A stretch of 64,000 nucleotides of DNA, taken from contig NC_042997.1 of NCBI RefSeq assembly GCF_006345805.1, forward strand, positions 116,002,001 through 116,066,000, written 5' to 3'. Positions 28,029 to 40,469 of the stretch are shown in pieces; positions within the stretch are counted from its first letter, which is position 1; every line of letters begins with the position of its first letter. The notes under the pieces are model-generated. The model was not told the DNA's origin, searched no databases, and saw nothing but the letters and a program-made list of their open reading frames with translations. The translations under genes and the position numbers were made by a program. This DNA is from Octopus sinensis (taxonomy: Eukaryota).

Positions 28029-28977
28029 GTGTGTAGCGTGTGATCGTCACATGACAGAGGAAGTTGAAAGTGACCGTGACAGAGAAAGTTGAGCAGAGAA
28101 ATCTGCATTAAATTTTGTTAAAAGCTTGGCGATATCGGTTCAGATGCCTATGCAAAGTTTTCAAAAAGTTTTCATCGTTCTCGACACAATCAAAGAGATC
28201 TTGTGCAACTGAAACCCGAGTGTCTTTTTGGTCAGGTAAAAGCAGTTTAGGCAGAAGCCTGGCAGACACGTGTCTCATACCTAAATCTTCTGTAATAATG
28301 GACTGAACTAAACCGTAACTAATCTGCACATCCTCTGATAACTCACGGATGGTGATTCGACAACTTCCCCTCATGAGGTCTGATCAATAAGTATCCGGAC
28401 TGTTGCCATAGTAACCAAGCTAACGCACGCAGTGTAAAGCTGCTTGGCAAAGGTTAACCTTCAACTCTGCTATGCATATGCACTACGTTTTAACTTTCTA
28501 GCTCACTTCTGCTGTTTACGGCATGAATGAAGGTGTGTAGCGTGTGATCGTTGCATTGACCATAACAGGGAAAGTTGCCATGGCGATATCTGCCATGTTT
28601 TTCTCAGTTCTGCTGGTTGCAAGGCTTTCAGAAAGTTCATCGATATCGACATTTTTCGGCCATCTTGGAAACATCTGAACGACACGAACACTTATGTGCA
28701 GCTCATACACTCCCCTCTATACACTCTCTGCAACGTTGCGTAGGCTTCTGAGCAGGTATCGCCATGATAACTTTCCCTGTCATGGTCAATGCAACGATCA
28801 CACGCTACACACCTTCTTTCTAAGTACTGCCGTAAACAGCAGAAGCAAGCTAGAACGTTAAAACTTAATGCGTATGCCTAGCAGAGTTGAAGGTTAACCT
28901 TTGTTAAGCAGCTTTTCTCTACGTGCTTTAGCTTCGTTATTACGGCAATAGCCCGGATACTTATTGATCAGACCTCG
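28029..28977. mobile_element. Rearranged mariner transposon remnant with fold-back left ends
   Basis: TIR-like (C/T)GAGGTCTGATCAATAAGTATCCGG at 28374 (+) and 28977 (-, followed by TA). Transposase pieces EKVEQR-ICIKFC-KLGD (+, frame-disrupted), SRTEKN (-) and RITIRELSEDVQISYGLVQSIITEDLGMRHVSARLLPKLL (-). Confidence 0.85.
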
Positions 28978-29029
28978 TATTAGTATGGTGACATAGTATG
29001 ATGAGAATAGACATGCCTATACCTCTAAA

Positions 29030-29426
29030 TCTCTCTATATAAAGCTGAAGTTGTCTGTGTATGGCAGGTTTGGTAACCTTCAACTAACACTATCACCACC
29101 GAGACCCTGCGGCGCAAGTTGACCAAAATTGAAAGTATGATAGAAGAAGGCTTGCTCTTCATTCCGTAGGAGAAAAAATTCAAATCGGACCATGTTAACA
29201 CCAAAAATTATTTACATCAAAAAGGTGCTTTCTTTCTATGAAAATCCCTATTTTTTTACAATTCTTTGACTGCTGTGTCTCCATTTTTCGGTGTATTTCA
29301 ACCAGAAAAGTGTCCACTTAAAGAGAATAACAAGCTACATAATGCACATTTTTTACTTTTCAAAAATTCCAATTCTAAAGGCTCGAAAAGAAAACAAACC
29401 CGAGCAACGCCGGGCTGTACTGCTAA
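29030..29426 (+). mobile_element. Non-autonomous Helitron
   Basis: A|TCTCTCTATATAAAG 5' end; hairpin CCCG-AGCAACGC-CGGG; 3' CTAA|T (CTAG variant). Same terminal hairpin as 62220-62612. Confidence 0.75.
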
Positions 29427-29519
29427 TTTGGGTATAAAATTGGGTTTCGACAATGTAAAGTGTTTGCATAAGAAGTTCATAGTTTAAGTCTGCTCTCCTT
29501 TTCTTCATAGGAGTAGACT

Positions 29520-30225
29520 GACTTGTGGTCTTCGCCCGTCGCCAGATTTATCAGCACCAGATGCCCTTGGGCACTTCTGTGCCTTACCTGTTCGGGACAA
29601 ACTCTTTAGGCATGGTGCTTCAGCCACGCCAATTTGTCCAAGATGCGATCAGGACAATGAAACTGTCCTGTACGCAATTGTGCAACGTCCGAAGATATCG
29701 GAACATTTGGGTTTATGTCGAACAACTGATGTCGCATCTGAGAAGAGTGCAACTGTCAACCGAGTCTATAATTAAGATTGTTCCGCCGTCTTCCTTCTAT
29801 AGGGAAGAGCAGGCTTGTTTCCGCTGGGTAGTAGCTACCGCGAAGGAGGCAGTGTGGAAGACGAGAGTGAAAGGGATCGTAACAGGCGCTTTCATCTCCA
29901 GCCTTGGGTTGGTGAACTTTTTCCTTTTCCATATAAAAAGGAAAACAAGGAAAGCGAGATGCCTGTCGCACGGAATATTTCGGAAATGATGGACGACTGT
30001 AGCAAGAGCGTTGAGAGTAAATGAACTTGTTTGAGCGAGAAACTAAAGAGTCTACCAAAAGATTCAGTGTTGGCATGTGGTTTGTGGGGTCGCCCACGTA
30101 CCTCACTTCTCATCCGAATTTTATACTTATTTATCATTGATTATATGTTCCATTCGTTCCCCGACCCCTTGTCTGTCCTTGTATCGTCCACTCTATTTTT
30201 TTGACCTTTATGGTTAATAAAGAAG
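29520..30225 (+). mobile_element. Tx1/L1-like LINE 3' fragment (C-terminal zinc-knuckle region plus 3' UTR)
   Basis: Across a frameshift: LPVRDKLFRHGASATPICPRCDQDNETVLYAIVQ / WVYVEQLMS..TAKEAVWKTR..FFLFHIKRK. 3' end CCTTTATGGTTAATAAAGAAGAAAG. Confidence 0.75.
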
Positions 30226-30349
30226 AAAGACTTGTAGTTGAGTTTAAACTTTTTGATTCAAACAAAATAATTATTCTCGTTTATATTATAATAACAATTA
30301 CGTGGTAAATTCTAATTAGATGGTAAAATTAATTAGAAGGTTGAAGACG

Positions 30350-30530
30350 TTGAGCTGGCAGAACCGTTTGCTCACCGGACAAAATGCTTAACGGCATTTC
30401 GTCCGTCTTTACGCTCCGAGTTCAAATTCTGCCGCGGTCGATCAAATAAGTACCAGTTGAGCACTGGGGTCGATGTAATTAACTTACCGTTCCCCCGAAA
30501 TTACTGGCCTTATGTCAAAATTTGAAGTCA
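30350..30530 (+). mobile_element. SINE B monomer with internal deletion
   Basis: GAGCTGGCAGAACCG..GAGTTCAAATTCTGCCGCGGTCGATCAAATAAGTACCAG. Further monomers at ~32550-32735, ~39300-39455 and ~45465-45675 (+). Confidence 0.75.
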
Positions 30531-30539
30531 ATATTAATT

Positions 30540-30950
30540 GGAAGGTAGATTTAATGGACGATTAATTTAATTACGTAGATTTAATTAAGCCGTAGATTTA
30601 AGAGCTAAGTTTGTTGATCTGATTAGTGTGTTGATATAATTAAGATGCTGATGTAATAGGATGACTGATATAATTGCGTGGTGTACTTAATTAGATGGAC
30701 GATTTAATTAAGCGGTAGAATTAATTGAGTGGAAGAGATAATTGGCTGATTGATTTAATTGGGTTGTAGATTTAAGTAATTGGTAGAGGTAATGGCATAA
30801 TTGATTAAATTCAGTGGTAGACTTAATTAGATGTTTGACTTAATTTGATTGTTGAATTAATTGGAAGATAGATTTGACTAGGGGAAAGATTAAATTAAGT
30901 ATTAGTCCTAATCATTTGGTAGACTTAATTAACTAGTAGACTTTATCCGT
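30540..30950. repeat. Degenerate short-period minisatellite built on (G)TAGATTTAATT-like units
   Basis: Recurrent GTAGA(T/C)TTAATT and TTAATT motifs at short irregular spacing. Confidence 0.5.
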
Positions 30951-31039
30951 CAACTAGTCAAAAGGCACAATTATGGATTTTTTGTGCTTTTAACGGAGAC
31001 CAACTATGTTGCAGGTAACCTGTCTTTCCCTGTATTTAC

Positions 31040-31395
31040 GACTTTACAAGCCTAAATTTATGGCCTCCTAATTTCCACCATTGTAATTCCACAGATTGCT
31101 ATGTGTGGGGCGCGATTGAGAAAGACACGAACCACTCTGCCTGCAACGCTAAGACCGAACGTGTAGCCAAGATCAATGTCTTCGAAGATGCTCTCAGGGA
31201 CAGAGTAAGGAACACAGATGCAAAGTTCCGGAGCCGTCATCGGAACCGAGGGCAGCTAATTTGAATAAACAGTTATCTTCGAGCTATAATTCTAGTTGTG
31301 ATTTCTTGATATTCAATAATGCATCTATTTTTGGATGGGAGATGTGTTTTCTTTGCCTTTTATGCAAAACTGTCAAATTAAACCCGAACATCCTG
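31040..31395 (+). mobile_element. Tc1/mariner-superfamily transposase C-terminal fragment with right TIR
   Basis: LWPPNFHHCNSTDCYVWGAIEKDTN resembles the WPPNSPDLNPLDYxVWG catalytic motif; the element ends ..AAACCCGAACATCCTG|TA. Confidence 0.7.
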
Positions 31396-31409
31396 TATAT
31401 TCTCATATT

Positions 31410-32197
31410 CTTTAATTCTTTTATTTGTTTCAGTCATTCGACTGCGGCTATGCTGGAGCACCGCTTTTAGTTGAACAAATCGACCCCTGGACTTATTCTT
31501 TGTAAGCCTAGTACTTATTGTATCGGTCAGTTTTGCCGAACCGCTTCGTCGCAGGGATGTAAGCACACCAAGATCGGTTGTCAAGCGACGGTGAGGGGAC
31601 AAACACACACACAAATATATATATATATATATTATATATATATACATCACCGTGATCACCGTGACCGATCAGGCTATCAGATCTTGTTACACATCGCTAG
31701 TCACAATGCACTTCGCATTGTTTTAGCCTTCAAATGACGCCACCCTGCTGGCTAAGCGAGCAGGCCAACAGAACAAAGAATGAGAAAAAGTTGTGGCGAA
31801 AGAGTACAGCAGGGATCGCCCCCCCCCCATGCCGGAGCCTCGTGGAGCTTTAGGTGTTTTCGCTCAATAAACATTCACAACGCCCGGTCTGGGAATCGAA
31901 ACCGCGATCCTACGACCGCGAGTCCGCTGCCCTAACCACTGGGCCATTGCGCGTCCACATATATATATGTGCAGAGCTGGGCGTAAGTCCGTTAATCTGT
32001 TAAGCGTTAATTAACGAAGTTAACATTTTCAATGGCTTTTTTGAGGGTATTATTTTTATTTGAATCTTAATAACAATGTTTACACTCACTGTAATAATTA
32101 TTATTAAGATACAAATAAAAATTATCCCCACAAAAAAAGCCATCTCTACTCATACTTTCAAATATATATAATCCTGTACCAAGAACTTTCTCTTTAT

Positions 32198-32235
<38 letters not shown>

Positions 32236-32286
32236 ACACATATACACACTTATATATATATATATATATTGTGGTGTGTGTGTGTT

Positions 32287-32332
<46 letters not shown>

Positions 32333-32490
32333 CATATAGACACGACAGGCTTCTTTTGGTTTCCGTCTACCAAATCTATTCACAAGGTTTTCGTCAGCCC
32401 AAGGATATAGTAAAAGGGACTTGCCCAAGGTGTCATGCAATGGGACTGAACCTGGGACCATGTTGTTGGGTAGCAAGCTTCTTACCACAT
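31410..32490 (-). mobile_element. SINE A split at its microsatellite (3' half 31410-31620, 5' half about 32345-32490) with nested SINE C (31647-31958, tail type 2)
   Basis: Both A halves share orientation. The SINE C head and body match 20895-21189, but its tail differs. Confidence 0.7.
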
Positions 32491-34311
32491 ACCCATATGT
32501 TGATTCACCGGGACGCAATTACAAAAATAAATATGGAAGTGTAGAGTAAGGCGTCTGAAGCTTTAGCATGCCGAACAAAATGCCTGGCGGTATATCGTCC
32601 GTCTTTAAGTTCTGAGTTCAAATTCCACCATCATTTCGGGGTGGATAAGGTAAGTACCAGTTGGACACTGGGGTCATCGTAATCATCTTAACCCCATCCT
32701 AGAATTTGCTGGCCTTGTGCTGAAATTTGAAAGCGATACCTGAACGAATTTTTTGGTCCACAGATTGAACTCATGTTTCATTCGTATCCGGTCAAAACTG
32801 TTACGGGTTCAATTCCTAGCACAAATATGTACCCTTTAAATGTACTGGGAGTGCGGTGCGATGGTGGGGGCTACCATGCTGAATAGCTGTGTCGACGTAT
32901 GTTGCAGCAGTGCAGCTCGTTGCAGCTGGTAACGTAGTATTGCATAGTGGAAAATCGCATAAGGGAACATTGCGTATTATTAAAACTGCAGTACGGTGTT
33001 TTCTGAAACCTGTAAATCTCTTGGGAGCCCGTCTTGTATTCCCTTTCCGTTATAAACCTTGCGATATATTCAACCACTCACTCAGTCTGCAGTATTTTTG
33101 AGTAACATGTGGGAATAAAAGTAGTGAAATATTTTATTCATTTGAGAGTGCACATGCGTGTGTATGTGTGTATATATATATATATAAGTGAGTTAAGGCA
33201 CGCGGCTAAATTTAAAATGTCGAATATAAATATACCATATGGATAGAGTATATATTTTGTATTTTGATTTTTTGATTTTGATTTTGACTCTTGAGCGCTA
33301 CGACGGACCTATAGCAAAGTCTTATTGTTTCTACATATATATTAGGAAAAACCTACAAACTTTGTTTTCATGTTATTGTATTGCATAAGATTACCTTGAT
33401 TATTTATATTACCTTGATTATTTATAAATGACCCAAAATAGGATGTTATATTTTATTTTATATGTCTTTCGTATATTTTTATTAATGCACCCATTTTTTA
33501 AAAGCAATGTTTTTTTAAAAAGCAATGTTGTCAATTTAGAATGTTTATATAAGTTTGTGTATAGCAAAGCATTATGTATTTGTAAGCATGCGTATCTGTG
33601 TATGTGTAAGTGAAAGTATGCTTGTGCTTAAGCACGCATACACGACGGTATGTATATGTATCAATTCAAACTTGTGTATGTTACTGGCCTCTATAGATGC
33701 CAATAATATCGCTACAAGTTTTTTTCCCTACCCCTCTTCGTTCCTTTTTCTCTCTTTCCCTTCTTTTCGTTCCCCCTCCTTGCTCAGTATATGAGAATTG
33801 CTGCTACATAGATGAATTTTAGCTTGCGTGCGAGACGGTTTGCGTGAATATGTACACATGTTTAGTGTTATAATTTAGATTCATTCAGACGTTCTGTATG
33901 GCGTTTACGCGCATCCTTTTGTGTTGTGAGTTATTATATATGTGATTTTAATATAACTATGTATTGCAGTATTTATAACAGGTTTAATTTCTATGCATTA
34001 ATTTGTACTGTCTTCATTAACGGCAATAGGTTTTTTCCTCGGTTTTTTCCTCTCGGATTTATAATTTTTATAAGTTTTTTTATATATATATACAATATTT
34101 TGACCTTTTTGTTTATCGCTCGAAGATTGACCGTTTCTTCTAAAGGGCCAATCAAACAAGTCCATTTCTTTTAAAGGTTTGTGTAGCGTTTGTAAGAGTA
34201 TAGATTGAATTATTAATATAAGTCCATTCTAGCAAAAACTGTCTGATGAACGGCCAACGAGAAACTCAGAGTAACAGATTTTGTTGAATTTTCTGCTGCG
34301 CTTAAATAAAG

Positions 34312-34369
<58 letters not shown>

Positions 34370-34379
34370 CATACATGCA

Positions 34380-34420
<41 letters not shown>

Positions 34421-34544
34421 CATGCATGCATGCTTATATATAAATGGACATGTATATACACATATGCATAGATATATGTGTGTGTGTATATAATAATATA
34501 TATATATATAATATATCTATATTATATATATATTATATATATAA

Positions 34545-35202
34545 TACAAAATTAGAGAATGGAGAAATACTTAAATCAGTAAAACATCAACTATCCGATG
34601 ATACTCAATCCATACTTTTATACACCATTACATATGAGTAAAGGCAATACATAAAATGAAATGAGATATACAGTAATAGTAAAAAGATAAAGATATATAA
34701 GTAAAAAATTTCAATATAATATGCAAATAAATCAAAACTGACAGCTGTTTCGGCGTGAGGACAGTCATACCTCATTTAACCTATAAGCCATAAAGGCAGG
34801 TATAAATGAGGCATTAACAAGGATGCCCCCGGCCCTTCAGAGAATTAAATTAATTTGTTATAATAGGGAAAAATATTATACAATCATATACATATAAATA
34901 TAAAAATATTAAAAAATGTAAAATATAAAAACTTATACATCATAAAGCTACACTTATATAATATAATACACATTTGTACAAAAAAGGAAGGTAAACAGAA
35001 CAAAATAAAACAAATATATAATAGTGATATTAATATCAATAAGTAACGATATTATACATATTTGGCTAATAGTTTTTTGTATATATATAAAAAAAAAAAA
35101 AAAAAAAAGGGGCAACATATATGGAGATGAAAATAATAATTAAATCCTGGTACAGTTCATAAGATCTAAAGCTATAAAAGTTAATAAAAATTACTATTAA
35201 TA

Positions 35203-35243
<41 letters not shown>

Positions 35244-35669
35244 TAATAATAATAATCATAATAAAATATAATAAAAAATAGATACAGTTAAGTTAGCACC
35301 AAGTCCATCCTTACAAGATCGAAATAACTATGAGTTAAGAAATGCTGACCACTAGGTAAAGAAAATATAGATTAATTCGATTGGCTATTGCGTTTGAATT
35401 TAATCACAAAGAAAATTATACGGTTGGTAGTCAGGGAACGCCATATTCACACACGCATCTAAGATCAAGTCAGTTTTGATTTATTTGCATATTAATTTGA
35501 AAATTTTTTACTTATATAGTCTTTATCTTTTTTTACTATTACTAGATCTCATTTCATTTTATGTATTGCCTTTACTCATATGTAATGGTGTATTAAGTAT
35601 GGATTGAGTATCATCGGATAGTTGATGTTTTACTGATTTAAGTATATTTCTCCATTCTCTAATTTTGTA
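34545..35669. mobile_element. Penelope-like remnant: ~200-bp inverted repeats (34545-34742 / 35469-35669) with a degenerate hammerhead at 34735-34845 (-)
   Basis: The arms are near-identical reverse complements. Minus strand CTGAAG-GGC..GCC-GAAACAGCTGTC-AGTTTT. Confidence 0.65.
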
Positions 35670-36143
35670 GTATTAATTTACGGTAATAATTATTACCTTT
35701 ACCCATATAATGCAATAGATGAACTGATTGTTTGACATTTTTAACATCTATGTATTAATTTTTGTTGGGTACCTATCTAGCAGATATTGGATATATATTA
35801 TCCCATGGTGGGTTGAATTTTCAACCCCTATCTCATTTTATAACCTATATATATATATATACATATACATATATGGTGTGTGTATATATATATATATAAT
35901 CATGTATAAATATATTTGTGTGGGTGGTTAGAGAATGTGCATTTTAGCGTATACATATGTATATGCATATATATTTATATATATATATATTTATACATAT
36001 ATTATATATATATATATATATCTACACACCACATAAACATAACCCCCACGCGCGCGCGCGCACACATGTACCCATATATATATACATACATACATACATA
36101 CTCGCACACATATTCTTACGGTCGTCCATGCATATATATATAT

Positions 36144-36197
<54 letters not shown>

Positions 36198-36869
36198 CGA
36201 AACGTTTAGTAGATGAAACCTTAGCGACTGAAGAAGGGGATTTTTCGTTGTGCTTATTGTCCTGTATCTCTTTTTTTGCTTGTCTTGTTCCTTGGTTTGT
36301 GTCTATGTTTTTCGTCTCTCTATGTGTTCGACGTCTTTTTGGTGTCCTGTACACATATATGCGTGTATATGTACATGTAGAGGTAGGTACGTACATATAT
36401 GTTTATATATATGCATATGTTCTATTTTATTAACATAATATACATATATATATATATATACACACCACACACACATACACAAAATCACAGATATACACAC
36501 GCATACCCACACACGCTCGCACACACATGTATAGAAAGTGTGTAGGAAGGTCTATGTACGTGGTGGTGGTGGTGGCGGCGGTGTAAGATAGCAAGGATAC
36601 TTCGAATAACTTATGTCAAATCAGATATTACAAATGATACATTATTTCTACCCGGCTATCTTTGCCCGTCAAGCTTATCTCATTCATACATACTTATGGT
36701 GAAAAAGAAACTCTACTTCATTATCATGCACTGACGTTACTACTTACTATTGTCAAAACGAGCAATGAGCCAACGAGCCAGCGAGGAAGCCCTGACGCAG
36801 TCACTCACTGTGCTAGAAGAAGCAGCTAAATTGTTTTCCAATCGCATGATTCTGTGAGCAAGTATTTTC

Positions 36870-37509
36870 TACTCTCCCGCGACTATCGCGGGTGTTACGT
36901 TCCAAAACTCCCAGCGATAGGGGAAAATCCGCGAAGCAGAAACAGTACTATATATTTTTTTGTTATTTTTATAATTTGTATTTATTTATTGGTTGTATAC
37001 TATTAACTTAACATGACAGTAAGGGAATTACTCCACCGCTGTTTAGCCCTAGGAAACATCGACGCTTCCTGTCGGCCTCGACACATTTGCTGTGTCCTTA
37101 TATATTTACGAAGGGGAGACAAATACCCCCAACAGCTAGGCCTGCATCTAGAGACACACATGTTTCAGGGTCTTTGCCCATCATCGGTCTAGAGTAGCAG
37201 AAGCCTGCTAGCTGAAGATATCTGTCTAGACTTCGCAAATATATATATATATTTTCAGAGAAATTTATTCACTGATCACCAAAATCAGAAATATTGAATT
37301 TCTAAATATCTCATAGAGATATGTACGGTGACAGTATACAACCACTCTATCGCCCCACCGTACATATCTCTATGAGATATTTAGAAATTTAATATTTCTG
37401 ATATTTATTTATTTTATTTTATAAATGCAAAACAACACCACGGAGGAATTGACGTAAGCTTAAATAATAAACCGCGATAGGTGAACCGCGATATGGTGAG
37501 GTATTACTG
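36870..37509. mobile_element. Pogo/Tigger-like MITE, interrupted by a Penelope-like fragment and a hairpin
   Basis: Left CGACTATCGCGGGTGTTACGTTCC..GCGATAGGGGAAAATCCGCG; right CCGCGATAGGTGAACCGCGATATGGTGAGGTATTACTG. Confidence 0.5.
37147..37193 (-). ncRNA. Candidate minimal type I hammerhead ribozyme (U4C core, GUC site)
   Basis: Minus strand TCTAGA-CCGATGA-T-GGG[CAAAGA]CCC-T-GAAA-C[ATGTGT]G-T-C-TCTAGA: 6-bp stem I, canonical GUC triplet, U-U mismatch at the base of stem II. Confidence 0.6.
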
Positions 37510-37510
37510 C

Positions 37511-37556
<46 letters not shown>

Positions 37557-37680
37557 TGTGTGTATGTGTGTGTGTGTGTGTATGTGTGTGTGTGTATGTG
37601 TGTGTGTATGTGTGTGTGAAAGAAGTCCGTTGTATATACATACATACATACATACGTATATAATACATATAATATATATG

Positions 37681-37726
<46 letters not shown>

Positions 37727-38179
37727 GTGTTGTGTGTGTGTGTGGTGTGTGGTGTGTGTTGTGTGTGTGTGTGTGTGTTGTGTATGTGTGTTGTGTCTGT
37801 GTGTGTGTGTATATGTGTGTGAAGAAGTCCGTTGATACATACATACATACAACTATTAAAACATATAATATATATGTATGTGTGGTGCGCGTATATATAT
37901 ATATATATAATGTTGTGTGTGTGTGTGTGTGGTGTGTATTTGTTTTCCACCACCGTTGGACAATCGGTGTTGGTGTGTTGGCATTTTAGCAGCTCGGCAA
38001 AAGAGCTCGATAGAATAAGTACCAGACTTAGAAAAAAGTAAGTGCTTGGATCGATTTCTTCGACTAAAAATCTTTCTACAAACCGGTGCTCCAGCATGGC
38101 CGCAGTCTAATGGCTGACACATGTAAAAGATAAACGAGCATCTACAGTTTATTTTAAGATAATGCAACTCTCTATATAA

Positions 38180-38561
38180 TCTTTTCTGAAGCACAATGCC
38201 TCAAATTTGGGGAAAGGTATTAAGTCGATTATATCGACTCCAGTACGCAACTGGTACTTAATTTATTGACCTCTAAAGGATGAAAGGCAAAGTCGACCCC
38301 GGGGGAATTTGAAGACAGACGAAATGCCTATTTATTTACTACCCACAAGAGGCTAAACACAGAAAGGACAAACAAGGACAGACAAACGGATTAAGTCGAT
38401 TATATCGACCCTAGTTCATAACTGGTACTTATTTAATCGACCTCGAAAGGATGAAAGGCTAAGTCGACCTCGGCGGAATTTGAACTCAGAACGTAACGGC
38501 AGACGAAATACCGCTACGCATTTCGCCCGGCGTGCTAACGTTTCTGCTAGCTCGCCGCCTT
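38180..38561 (-). mobile_element. SINE B dimer
   Basis: Two bodies joined by the linker; possible TSD TGCAAC(T/C)CTCTA at 38163-38174 and 38561-38572. Confidence 0.8.
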
Positions 38562-39497
38562 GCAACCCTCTAATGCAGAGGCTCCCAAAGTGCGTGGTAT
38601 TACCCTCGTGTGGTGGCGGAAAGTTCCAAGGGGGCGTTGAGGAAAAGTGGGTTGATAATGAGGTAGCGATTCATGTGAAAAGTAGGGTATTACAGGGTAG
38701 CGATTCATGTAAATAACGTACATTCTGAGTCGTACATTCTGAGTGCAACGAGAAATAAAGTGTCTTGCTCAAGGACACAACTGGCTGCTGGGGATCGAAG
38801 TCATAAACTTAGGATCGCGAGCGTATTACCCTAACCACTAAGCCACGCGCCTTCACCCATAATCCAATAACAAGAAGCTGCATCCAAGATTTTAGCGAGA
38901 AGGGCAATGATCAATATAATCAGCTTCTCTTCTTGAGCTGTTGCTACCTGGAACTTACTATCATCGTCTTGGCTTCCTCTGGTCTTTGATGTTTATTCCT
39001 TTAAGCTTTCTGTGTATCAAATTCTTTTAAATTCCTATGCCCCATTTCCTCTCCCCACCACTTTTTCGTTTTTGAAGTCCCTTACGCTAAAGCCTTGCCT
39101 CAGACAAAATCCTATTAAAAAATGGTAAGTGTTCTTGTAGTGAACTGAAAGAGGTACTTTCTCGGTCAACCAGGATGTGTGGACTTCCTTGGTTGGCTCT
39201 GGATGGAACTCCACACTTTTGGGGAAATTTTAATTTTTTAATTATCGTTGTTAATTGTTATTATTTTTATCATGTAGACATAATTTTGCACTAAGCCTCA
39301 AATTCCGCTAATGTAGGTCGCTACGTTTTGATTTCAAATTCCGCCGAGGACGACTTCGCCTTTCATCCTTTCGGTGTTGATAAAATAAGTACTGGGGTCG
39401 ATGTAATCGACTATTACCCTCCCCACAGATTTCAGGCCTTGTGCCTATAATAGAAAGGATTATTATTATTATTATTATTATCATTATTATTATTATT

Positions 39498-40399
39498 CAG
39501 TAGTTTTATTTTTATAGCGTGCTTTCACTTCACTACCGAGCGCAGCTCTGTGTGCCTTGGGTATATGTTGTGATTTGTTGTGATGCTCTGATGGTTATTG
39601 TATGGAAAGTGTTCTGCGTAGGATGTGTGCAGTGCCTAGTAGTTCAATTTTCTGTATGTTATATGTGTTTGTAAGTCCTGGTGTTTTTGTTATGTATTTG
39701 TCTGAATATTTTTTTATCATGCCTAATGCACCTACTATGATAGAATTGTTTCTGTTTTCAGATTCCACATTCTGGTTACCTCTATTTCCAGGTTTGTATT
39801 TTGAGAGTTTCTCCATTTCTTTTAGAGAACGTTGTCATCTGCCGGTATCGATACATCAATTAGAAAGCATTTTTTTCTTCATGATCTCTGACAACTATAT
39901 CTGGCCTGTTGGCCTTAATTTCTCTATCTGTGTGTATCGGCATATCCCGGAGTATGGTTACTTTCTCGTTTTCTGTGATCTTTTCTGGTGTGTGCCTATA
40001 CCATCTTTTTTCTGTTGTTATTCCATAATGTTGGCATAGCTTCCAATGTATGTAGGTTCCAACTCTGTCATGTCTGTGAATATATTCCTTCTTAGCCAGG
40101 ACTGGGCAGCTAGAGATAATATGATTTATTGTTTCTTGTCCATCTCCACATATTCTGCAGTTACTTGTAATATTTCTTTTCATTACATGTTTTTGGTAAT
40201 TTCTGGTGGGGAGGCTTTGGTCTTGTGCTGCAATTAAAAATCCCTCTGTTTCTGCTTTGAGTCCTGAACTTCTCAACCATTGCTGGGATTTTTCTTTGTC
40301 TATTTCTTTTGCATTTAGTTTAGTCCAGTATTTACCATGAAGGGGCTTTTCTTGCCATCGTTTTATCATGGTTCGTTGCTGTTCTATTTTTAGTTTTAG

Positions 40400-40401
<2 letters not shown>
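39498..40401 (-). mobile_element. Second R4/Dong-clade element (different subfamily), 5'-truncated, frameshifted
   Basis: WQEKPLHGKY..KAETEGFLIAAQDQ..CRICGDGQETINHIISSC..RHD..ANRPDIVV. Frameshifts near 39866 and 39790, then GALGMIKKY..GTAHILRRTLSIQ* (39595). (ATT)n on both plus-strand flanks. Confidence 0.9.
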
Positions 40402-40468
<67 letters not shown>

Positions 40469-40469
40469 A

